This document shows, one piece after another, positions 10,357 through 20,535 of a stretch of DNA of 64,000 bases; the first letter of the stretch is position 1, and each line of letters opens with the position of its first letter. Position numbers and translations under genes: made by a program. Under the pieces are notes generated by a model. The model was not told the DNA's origin and searched no databases. It saw only the letters and a program-made list of their open reading frames with translations. Location: the NCBI GenBank assembly GCA_025594325.1, contig JANHCV010000002.1:124001-188000 (forward strand). Direction: 5' to 3'. Source of the stretch: Blastocladiella emersonii ATCC 22665. Taxonomy: Eukaryota; Fungi; Blastocladiomycota.

Positions 10357-13300
10357 ATGGATCACTGGAGCCAACGCAAGTCTATGCATCGCTTCGCGCT
10401 CCCGCGGCGGCGGCCACGAGGGGCTCGGCCACGGCCACCACCGCCGCTCGCCCAATTGGCCGCGGCCCTTCTCTGCCTGCTCGCTGTCCTCGTCATCCTG
10501 GCCCCGAACTGCGCGCACGCGCAGATCAAGCGTGGCCTGCCCGCATGTCTCGATCCGGCACGCGCGCGCGCGTACGGCTGGCTGCCCGGCGACCGCGAGG
10601 ACGCGTCGCGCGTGGTGCGCACGCAGTACGCGCCCGTGACGCTCGAGTACAGCGCGTGGTCGTCCATCAACCTGACCAACTACATTACGGCGTACCTGAT
10701 GCGCGACGTGGCCGGGATCCCCGTGCGCATCGTCGAGTACCCGGGCCAGGGCGACATGTACCCGCGCGTGGCGTCAGGCGCCTCGGACGTCTACACCGAG
10801 GTGTGGCCCAACACGCAGATCGCGCAGTTCAAGCAGTACGTCCTGCAGGAGCAGCGCATCGACTACATGGGATTGATCGGGTACGCCGGCCGCATCTCGC
10901 TCTACTTCCCGCGCTTCATCACCGAGGCGTACCCTGGACGCACCTTCACGTCGTGGCGCTCGCTCAAGCAGCGAGAGATCCTGGACCTGCTCCCGCCCAT
11001 GGGCACCACGCCGCCCGCGCGCTCGGCGTCGGGCGAGCTCCTGTGCACGGTCCCCTTCTGCACCGGCGGGCAGTACGTCCCGCCGCAGTGCATGCCGGGC
11101 GTCGGCGCGTTTGCTGCTCAGTGCCGCGAGCTGTGGCACGTCACGCCCTACTACTCGTTCGCCGTCAACGAGCAGCGCGTCTTCGACCTCAACCTGCCGC
11201 TCGTCGTTGTCTACCTCGGCGACGACTTCCTCCCCAAAGTCACTCGGTGCCTCGAGGCCCGAAACGCGTCGTCGACGTGCCTCTTCTTCTACTGGAAGCC
11301 CGAGTCGCTCGTCGGCACGTACGAGGTCGAGCGCGTCAACTTCGAGCCGCCGAAACCCGGTGCGTGGGCGTCGTGGAACACATCGCTCGCCGTCGGGCCC
11401 AACGTCAAGCTGACGTGGGACTGGGACACGGACCTGCTGCACAAGATCGCCGTCAGCACGCTGCGCACGCGCGTCCCGCCCGCGTGGTCGATTGTGCGGT
11501 CCATGACCTTCTCGGACCCGGACATCCTCGCCATGCTCGCTGCCACGCCGTCCGTCGACCGCATCGCCGACGTGGCGTGCACCTGGGTCCGCGACCACGA
11601 GGCCAAGTGGGCGGCCTGGATCCCGGCCCCGCCCGAGGGCTACCTGCGCACGCTCGCGGCGCTCGACCCGGCGTCCGGCGGCGGGCTCGCGGTAACGGTG
11701 CTCGCGGGGGCCGCGCTCGTCGCTATCGTCGTCACGACCGTCGGCGTCGTCCAGTTCCGCCACGACCCGCGCGTCCGCGTCCACTCGCCGCCGCTGCTCA
11801 TCGTCGCGCTTGTGGGAAGCGGGCTGTACGTCGTTGGCGCCGCGCTCCCGGTCCTCGTGGCGGGTGCCATGGTCGGCGCGGCCAGCGCGACCGCGGGCAC
11901 GGCCGTGTGTACCGTGTCGACGTGGCTCACGGGGCTCGGGTGGACCGCGGTGCAGGCGTCGATCCTCGCCATGACGTTCCGAATCTACTTCATCTACTTC
12001 AACCTGCGCATCTCCGCTATTGTGTTCGGCCGCCTCGTCACGGTACAGGTCACGTCCAAGCACCTGCTGATCCTGATCGCGCTCGTGTGCACCAACGCGG
12101 CCGTCAGCCTCGCGATCTGGACGGGTGTCGCGACCCCCGCGCCGTTCCGCGTCAACGTCGACGCGACTGCGTTCACGAGCGTGTGCGCGATGCCGGGCGC
12201 GTGGCCGCTATCCGCGGGCGCCCTCGCGACGTGGCTGCTGTGGATCGCCTTCCAGCTATCCCTCCTCGCCGCGACGCTGTGGCTCGCGTACAAGACGCGC
12301 CGCGTCGTGTCCGTGTACAACGAGAGCTCGCGGACCACGTCGACGACGGTCGCGCAGATTGCGCTGCTGTCGCTCGGCATCGTGCGCGAGGGCATCTCGG
12401 GCGCCCGCGGCAACGTGCTCGCGTGGACAGCGGCCGTCGCGGGGATCGGCGTCGCCGTCATGGCGGCCTCGATCCTCGCGTTCGCCGCCGACCCCGTCCT
12501 CCAGGCCGCCGCCGCGTCCAACTCGGGCGCCGCTATGATCGCCGCCGTGTTCGGCGCCGTCGACTCGTCGCAGGCACGGAGGCGGATCAAGGGCGGTGGC
12601 CGGCCTGGCGGCGCGCTGGGCGGTGGGGATGGCGGCAGCGCGCACGCGGCCGGCGCGATTACCATGATGATCGAGAACTCGTCCTTCGACGACGACGACG
12701 ACGATGACGACGGACAGAGCTACGGCGACGTGTCCGGGTCGCGCGGCGGGACCTCGTCGCGGCTCAACGCCGAGGGCGGCGTTGGAGGTGCGCCAGGGTC
12801 GCAACTCGGCCCGCTCGCCGAGGAGGGCAGCCGCGTCGCCCTCGCAGAAGCGGCGCTCCTGTGCTTCCGCATTGGCACGATCCTCGACCGCTCGCCCGCG
12901 CTCAAGATGGCGTACGGGATGGGGCAGCTCCAGGCGGCTATTGACGTGACGGTCCGGCAGACGAACGTGCCGATGTGGGCGACAGCCAGCGTCCGGCGAT
13001 GGTTCCGCGCGCGGCTCGTACTCCTACCCGAGGTGCCCATGGTCTTTATCCTGCCCGTCGCGACCAAGGTACGCACTCGTGCTGCTGCTGGTCACTCCGT
13101 CGCTGACGATACTCGCCCCGCGTAGCGCGCCTGGTTCGCAAACAGCCCGCGCGGCATCGTGATCCAGCCGCCAAGACCACAACCAGGCCTTGTGGTGCCC
13201 GCGGGCCCCATCTTCGCCGTCCCCGCCGCCGACTCGCGGCCGTCCATCTCGCCGCTCTGGTCCGCGTTCACGGCCATCGTCGGCCCGACCGCGGGCACCA

Positions 13301-13866
13301 GCGCGCTGCGGCTCATCGCGGCCCCGCTCGGCGTCGAGTACCTTCTGCAATTCCCCATCACGGACTCGGCCACCGCCGACCTCGCGAGCGTGTGGTGCAC
13401 GGCCATCAACTCCGCCTTCGCCAAGTCCAACGCGCGCGCCGCCGCAGCTGCCGCGGCCGCGGCCGCATCCATGATCCCGCGCAACCACGGGTCCTCGTCC
13501 ACGGTTCCGTCCGAGGTCGGGTCCGTCTCCGCCGCGCGCCCGCTGCTCCGGATGCCCGGGAGCCGCAGCGAGACCACGTCGTCGACGGCGCCGCCGTCGC
13601 CCAAGCAGGAGCCGACGCTGGCCGTCGTCGAGGGGAAGAAGCTCGCGCCGGGCGGCAGCGGGACGGCGCCCGTCGCGCGAGTCGTGCGGTCCGCTGTCGT
13701 CGACGCTGGGTCCTCGCTCGCGCTGGCGACGGCCGCGGCGACGGCGCTCGGTGGAGGTACAGGAGGGCAGCCGGGAAGCCGGAGGCAGAGCAAGGTGCTC
13801 GCGTTCCAGCCGACAACGCCGACAACGCCGACAACGCCGACAACGCCGCCAACAACGGATTCGTGA
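10357..13866 (+). CDS. Class C GPCR-like receptor: glycine-betaine/OpuAC-type periplasmic-binding ectodomain + 7TM + possible PH-like tail
   Basis: Signal peptide; WSSINLTNYITAYLMRDVAGIPV...VASGASDVYTEVWP resembles ProX/OpuAC solute-binding proteins; 7tm_3-like motifs FRHDPRVRVHSPPLL, C..STWLTGLG...ILAMTFRIYFIYFN, WLAYKTRRVVSVYNES. A 57-nt intron (13069-13125) joins ORF 13159..13866. Confidence 0.75.
13808..13855 (+). repeat. 9-bp tandem repeat (GCCGACAAC)n encoding PTT repeats
   Basis: gccgacaac x4 plus a degenerate copy near the receptor C-terminus. Confidence 0.85.
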
Positions 13867-14162
13867 CGCTGACGTGAATACATTGTGCTTCGTGCGGTGT
13901 GATGCGGTGCAGCAGTGGTTCTGGGTGCAAGGTGGTGGGGAGGGATGGTTGAAGTGGCGCAGCCCGGCTTGCGTGAGCGGCTCAGCGGCCCTTCCTTTCG
14001 CAAGGGACTCGCTTCCGGGCAGGTTCTCGCTCTCCCTTTCTTCGCGATCATCCTCGTTTGCGCTTTGCCAGTCACGGAAGTCGCGGCAACTTCACCGGGA
14101 TCATCGTCCTCTGAGTTGTGCTCGAACGCGCTGTCCCGCTCCTTCGTTGGTCACTCTCCAGG

Positions 14163-15257
14163 ATGCCGACCACCTGGCCCGCACGGGTCCTTATCTACCT
14201 CGCCATCCTCGTACGTTCTCCATAGTCTAGCGGTTTGCGTTTCAGCGGAGGAGGGCCAGCTCACGCGCGGATCAGCGTAGCGGCAGGGACGCAGGGACGA
14301 GCGGTGGCGCAGCCCTGCCTGCCGCTGCGTCGGCTGTTGTTCCTTCCCGAATCGGGCCTAGAGCTCACTCGCCTCCACCCGACGCTTCTAACACCCCGCG
14401 TGCACGCGTGTAGGGCATGTGTGTCGTGAACGGCGGGCTCAACAGGTACTACGTATACATGATCGCGCACAAGCGGCTCATCGACGGAAGCAGCCGGCCA
14501 GCGTGGTGGTGGGACCGCAGCTTGATGCGCACCTTCACAAGCGACCTCAACACGGACCTGACCATCACGGCCGCCGCAGCCGGCCTGTGGGCGTTCCTGT
14601 TCGGCGCTAACGGCCTCGTCACGCTCTGGGTCGCGTTTCTCGAGCTGGTCAAGGTACACATGCGTGGCGTGTTGGCGCATCTGATGGCGGCGTCCACTCA
14701 TACTCTCGCGGAACGTGTAGCACTCGACCCGCTCGGGGATCTGGTACCGCACGCTGCAGTTCACGCTCGGCGCGATCCTGATCTTGACAGAGACCTTTGT
14801 CCTCGTCGTCCTCCCGCCCAACTTCTTCCCTGACGCCAACGCGACAGCGCTCCTGTGGTTCGGCAAGGACGCGATCGTCGTCGGCCTCGGGTTCGCGTGG
14901 TATTTCACGCTCCCTTACCCGCTGATCGCCGCGAAAGCCGCATCAGCACCGGCACCAGTCAAGACCGTTGCTGACGAGGAGCGCGGGTCGGCAGACGTGC
15001 CGAGCTCAACCAGCACCGTCTTTGTCCCGGCTTCCGTCGTCGAGATCGACCCAACGACGCGCACCGTACGCGTGCCGCCGGAAAGCATCATGGACGACAG
15101 CAGCCCGCGCAACTCGGGCGCGTTCTCGGCGGCATCGCGCAAGAACCTCGCGCTGCTGCATGCGGGAACCGGCTCCCTGAGCCGCGCGGGGTCGGTCATC
15201 GAGGCGGCGCCGCTCATCGAGACGGATCTCGGCGATGGGATGTCTCGCCGGACATGA
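14163..15257 (+). CDS. Multi-pass membrane protein of unknown function
   Basis: Exon 1 MPTTWPARVLIYLAIL, intron about 14211-14413, exon 2 GMCVVNGG...FLELVK, intron about 14654-14759, exon 3 FTLGAILILTETF...; about 4-5 hydrophobic segments. Confidence 0.6.
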
Positions 15258-15525
15258 AAGAGCAGTTTTGTTCATACAATAGCAGTATACTAGTCACAGC
15301 GAGCTCCTCGCGGGCGATTTCTCGAGCAAGGGTCGTCGATCATCTCACGTTCGTCATCTGAGTGGCGCAGCGCGTCGCGTTCGAGCTTCGCAACCTCCCG
15401 AGTCCGCGAAGCGTGGCCACCTCGCATCGAGAACTCACCTCAAGCTGGTGTACGATTGAATTAACTGCATGCAATAATCTAAAAGCGCGCTAGTTCTCAC
15501 TTCGAAACCAGTGAGCGCAACGCGC

Positions 15526-16657
15526 CTAGCAGTACTCCTCGTCGCCCCACTGGTGCCACGCCTCGGGGTTGTACTCGGGCCACACGCTGCGCGCGCCGGA
15601 CGCGGCGACAGGGACGGGCACGGGGACGAACTGGACGGGCGGGGCGCCGCAGTGCCAGCACGGGGGGCGGGACGGGCACGAACTTGGGCAGCTGCGGCGA
15701 TGCCTCGTCGGTGCGGGTCTCGGTCTTGGTCTCGGCACCACTGGCCATGCTGCCAGCGGCGGCGGGCGAGGGCTGAGCAGCAGCGGCAGCGGGCTTGGCC
15801 TCAACGGCAGCGGCAGCAGGAGCCGGAGCCGCGGCACGGCTCCACGGGCGGCACGGACCCCGTTGACAATGATGTAGTCCCCCGGGGAGTAGACGGGCTT
15901 GTACGCGTCCTCGTACTCGTCCTCGTACTTGACCGCGTATTTGTCGTAGTAGCCGCGGGCACCCGCCGCCATGTGAACCGGCGGCGGACGAGGAGCGCCG
16001 GGGGCGACGCCGGCGGGCGCGCCGCGGGGACTGTACGACCGGTACGGCGGCATTCTGCACCCGCGGGCGCGCGGATCGGCGCCGTGGTAGACGGGTGCAC
16101 CGCGCGCGGCAAAACCGGACGGCCAGCAACCGCGCGACCCCATGCTGCTCGCGAGAAGCGGCGGGCGACCAGCGTAGCCGCGCATACCGGCCGCAGCGCT
16201 GCGGAAGTGCTTCACCTCGTCCGTGTCCCAGTACGTCACCGGGTAGTACCAGTCGATGACGCTCTCGTCGGCCGAGTCGGCCCAGCCGCGCGCACCCGGC
16301 ATGCCGCGCGGGTGGACACCGCGAGTGGCGCCGCTCGGGAAGTAGTACTCGGAGCCGAAGATGTAGTTGGGGTTGTAGCCGCGAGCGCCGCGCGCACCGC
16401 CGAAGAAGCAGTCGTTGGGGTCGTTCGAGAAGTTGGAGCAGCTGCGCGTGTCGACGCCGTGGTAGACGCCGCGGCGGCCGGGATCAGCGGCGGACGCGGT
16501 GGCAGCGGGAGTGGCAGCGGGCGCGTCCTGCGCCTGCCCCTGGGCTGGGCCGAGGCGGCCGGCTTGACGTCGGTGGCGGCCAGGGGCGGGAGTCCGGCCG
16601 GGGAGCCCGCTCGCCAGGCTCAGCGCGAGGCCCCTGGCGAACGCGTTGCGAAACCAT
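15526..16657 (-). CDS. Tyr/Trp/Pro-rich protein punctuated by xRG motifs; apparent internal frame switches; start uncertain
   Basis: ORF 15526..16773 core reads as protein (GARGYNPNYIFGSEYYFP..., GARGYYDKYAVKYEDEYEDAYKP), but the best-looking codon frame switches near 16540, 15836 and 15665. Confidence 0.55.
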
Positions 16658-16767
16658 GCGAGACAAAAGTGTCTCGCGCTGCACGTGATGTTGAGTGCGC
16701 CACAGAAACGCTGGGCGATCAGCGCGCCGCCGACGAGGTTCCGTCCTCGTAGACACCCAAAGATACC

Positions 16768-19318
16768 ATGCAATTTCTACGAAACTTGATGCATTTCGCC
16801 CCACGGGGCACCTTGTCGCTGTTTATGTCTCAGCGGACGCTTGTGTCGTCGGCTCATCGCTTCAGCAGCGCCGACACCGGCTCATCGTCGCTTTTTCCTC
16901 CGCGAATGGACGGCTTGTCCACCGCCGAACTCGAACAGGGGCCTCAAGGTCACCGCCAGAATGTTGTCGGTCAGCGTCAGCTTGATTTGGAGCCCCGCAC
17001 TGGCAGTGGCGGCCAAACGGACTACTCGCGACCCGATGCGCTTCAGCGGACCTGCAAAGTAGTTTTACCCAGCTTATCTTCTCAATCCAAACGTGGCGCT
17101 TCTGGCAAAAGCCGCAAAGTGCAGAAGCCAGAGCGATCGCGGTCGCTCCGGTATCCGCCCACCTACGTTCCGTCCATGCAAATGCTGCATCAGGCCATGG
17201 CCAAGAGTGTGTTCGCGATAGCTATTGCTCCCGCGCCCTGAACCAAACTGACTACCTTTACTCCGTCACCTAGAGGACCCGCGCACCGTCCATGACGCGC
17301 TGACGGCTGCATTTGCACTGCCCAACAACACCGAGAAGGTCATGCCCACCGTCTCGATCGCTGTCGCGCTCTGCCCCATGGTCACGGTCGACCAGCGCCC
17401 GCAGTGGGACGAATGCTTCGACCTGATCTTTGCCAAGGTCATCGAGCTCTCTCGCAACCCGTCTTTGTCGTGGTTCCCGTGCGACTTCACGCTATCCGCG
17501 CTCTCCCGCATCATTGCGCGCCGCCAGCTTGGAACCCGCATCGATGCTTTTGAGACCGAGCTCCTGTCGCGCCGCCCGCCGACGACCCCGCCGTTCAATC
17601 TCACAAAGCTCTCCATGTTCTACTCGGGTCTCGTCAACATGTACTCGCGCAACGGTCTGTTGCACCGCGCCCTGGACGTCTACCGCTCCCAGGTTCCTGA
17701 CGGCGCCATGTCCATCCAGATCATGACCACTGCCGCTACTGCCATGGCTACCGCAAAGGACGCGGCCGGCGTGCGTGAGCTCATGGAGTCCGCCGCAAAA
17801 CGCGGGTTCATCTCAACGCCGTTCGACTCGGCCCACCTCAACCTCGCCCTCGTCAACGCGAGCCCCGACGGCCCAGCCGCCGTCGCTGCCTTACGCGAGA
17901 TGCTCGACCGCGGTACCCCGCCACCCGCCGGTGGCGTCGCGCGCGTAGCGGGCGGCGAGGGCATTACTGCTTCCGCGCATGCGACGTACAACCCGCACCT
18001 TGTCTCCCGTGTTCTTGAGCAGTGCTCAATTGAGCGCAAAGCCGACCTCGCGCAGTTGGTCGTCAATATCGCGCGCTCTCGCGGCATCGCACTCGACGAC
18101 AACGCCACGCACGCGCTCATGGCGCTGCAGCTGCACTGCGAGGACCACGCGTCCGCGCTTGCCCAGTACACCGAATTCGTTGGCACGGGTGAAGTCGCAA
18201 GCCCGCGACTCACGTCCTTGGCGCTCGAGGCCGCCGCCGCGCTCGGCAAGGGCGACATCGTCCGCCAGCTGCACGCCGACACACTCGCGCACCACCGCGC
18301 CGGCCGCGTTGTCATTTCATCAATGTACGTCACGGCGGCCGTGAAGGCGGTTCTCGAGGCGATCGGGTACGACGCGGCGGTGGCCGTGTACCACGAGCTC
18401 GTCCGCGTCGGCGCGCCGACCCACGCCGCGGTCGGGCACATGCTTGAGCACCACCGGCCGCCTGGGCACGGGCCCATCGAGCTTGCGCAGCCCACGGCAG
18501 CGGGCAGGGTTGGTGCCGCTACTTTGGGCGCAGGTCACGCAGGTGCGCACCCAAACTCGCTCAACGCCACTGAGTACGAGGTCCACGCCCAGGTTGAGCG
18601 GTTGCTCGCGGCCGATCGCGTGAGCGATGCACTGCGCGTGTGGCGCACGTCGATCACGGAGTACGGCGTGGTGCCATCGACGAACACGCTCGCCTACTTT
18701 GTCAATCATTTCTCCAAGCAGGGCGACGTGCCACGCATGGAGCAGATGCTCGCGCTTGGCCAGTCGCTCGGCGTCGCAGTGAACCCGCGGCACCTGATCC
18801 GGTCGATGCTCGTCCTCGGCTACTCGCTCGGCAAGCGGTTCGACCGCGTGTTTGAGCTGTGGGACTCGATGATGGACCGCGGGATCGCCCCTGACTGCGC
18901 GACGCAGGCGCTGGTTCTCGACGCGTGCGGGTTCGCCGGTGACCGCGCGCGGCTCGACGCTACGGTAAACAAGATCCTCGGCGCGGCGTGGGGCGGCCGC
19001 GGGATCAACGTCTGGACGTCCGCCGTCGAGGCGTACCTGCGCCTGCACGACGTGCCCGCGGCGCTGCGCGTTGCGACTGAGATTGTCCCGTCGCGCGGGC
19101 TCAAGGCCGATGCCAAGTTCATCGGCACCCTCGTCACGGTCGAGATCGCCGAGAACCGCCAGCTCAATGACCCGCGCGTCCTCGAGTTCGTCCGCCCGCA
19201 CGCGCACCTGCTACAGCGCGCTGGACACGGCGCGTACCGGGCAGTGTCCAAGGCGATCCGGGAGCACGAGTTTGCGTCGGGGCCGACGCCCGTCGACGTG
19301 CGCAAGAACGCCGTGTAG
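16768..19318 (+). CDS. Pentatricopeptide-repeat (PPR) protein, probably mitochondrial
   Basis: Intron about 17206-17273 joins the 157-aa ORF (Ser/Arg-rich presequence-like start) to ORF 17342..19318. PPR-like helical repeats such as YSGLVNMYSRNGLLHRALDVY, NTLAYFVNHFSKQGDVPRMEQM, LVLGYSLGKRFDRVFELWDSMMDRGIAPD. Confidence 0.85.
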
Positions 19319-19621
19319 AGACGAGATCAATAATAGATGTATGGTGTGATCGCGAATACCGCTGCAGTAAAGTAGGAACCGCCGATCACAGCAAGTTCAT
19401 CATTTAGCGACGCGCGAGCGAGCTTCCGTTGCTTGCCCTCTCCCAAGTTGGTTGCGCGTCTGCCGCTCACTGCACCTCGATTCAAGCTTGTTGGCGGGCA
19501 TACACGCGTTGCATATGTCGATCGGTGTCACGCGATGTGCGCAATCGGCGAACCACCCTAGCCGAACGGCGGCCCGCTCTCGAGCTCTCCTTGTCACCCC
19601 GAATGAATCTTTGCATGAACC

Positions 19622-20407
19622 ATGGGCGCGCCTAACATCCCGCATCGCCCTCTGCGCCTCGCCACCGACACCTCGCGGCCGGCGCGCGACCTCGTCGTGG
19701 TGCTCGGGTCCTCGAGCAAGTTCCGCCGCGGGATCGTGGCGCACCTGCTGCCGACCGACGCGAGCGCCTCGCCCCGCGTGACGCTCGACTATGCGGTCCC
19801 CGACATTGACGAGAAAGCCGTCGGCCTCGCCGAGCGCGCCGCCAACGACGCCTCGGCGCTGACGGCCGCCGTCGCGCACGCGAAAACCGATGCGCTCGAG
19901 CCCGTGGTCCGCGCGCGGTACGCCGCCGACGACCGCGTCGTGCTCCTGATTACGAGTGACCAGGTCATCGTCAACAACGGCGAGATCCGCGAGAAGCCCG
20001 AGTCGCCCGAGCAGGCCAAGGCGTACCTGACGTCGTACGCGAAGCACCCGGCGGAAGCCGTCAACGGGATCGTGGTCACGGACGTCAAGACGGGCCGGCG
20101 CGTTGCGCGCGTCGAGATCGGTGTGCAGCACTGGCGCGCGATCCCCGAGCACGTCATGGACGCGGTCATTGCTAAGGGCGAGATCATGCACTGCGCGGGC
20201 GGGTTCATGATCGACGACGGTGCGTTGCTCGGTTTCTCGGCTTCCGAGTTCGCGGACTGACCTTTCGCCGCGGATGTAGAGCTCCTGCAGCCGTACCTCG
20301 CCGAGCGCATCGGCGACGAGGACACGATCATCGGGATGCCGCTGCAGTGTACGCGGGAGCTGCTCGAGGAGGCGTACGCGGCCGCCGTTGCGACAACGAG
20401 TCAATAG
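19622..20407 (+). CDS. Maf-like nucleoside triphosphate pyrophosphatase
   Basis: VVVLGSSSKFRRGIV, PDIDEKAV, LITSDQVIV..EIREKP, CAGGFMID; an intron about 20221-20279 gives a C-terminal exon ...GDEDTIIGMP. Confidence 0.9.
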
Positions 20408-20535
20408 ACGGACAGGAAACGGTTCATATTCGCAAACAAGGGAAACGAGAGGAGTGGGTAGGATTAGTGGGATTGGTTTGGAGGGGTCTAAGGAGGGCGC
20501 GGGCCGCGTCTAGTGCGCACGCCGCCGCCGCCGCG

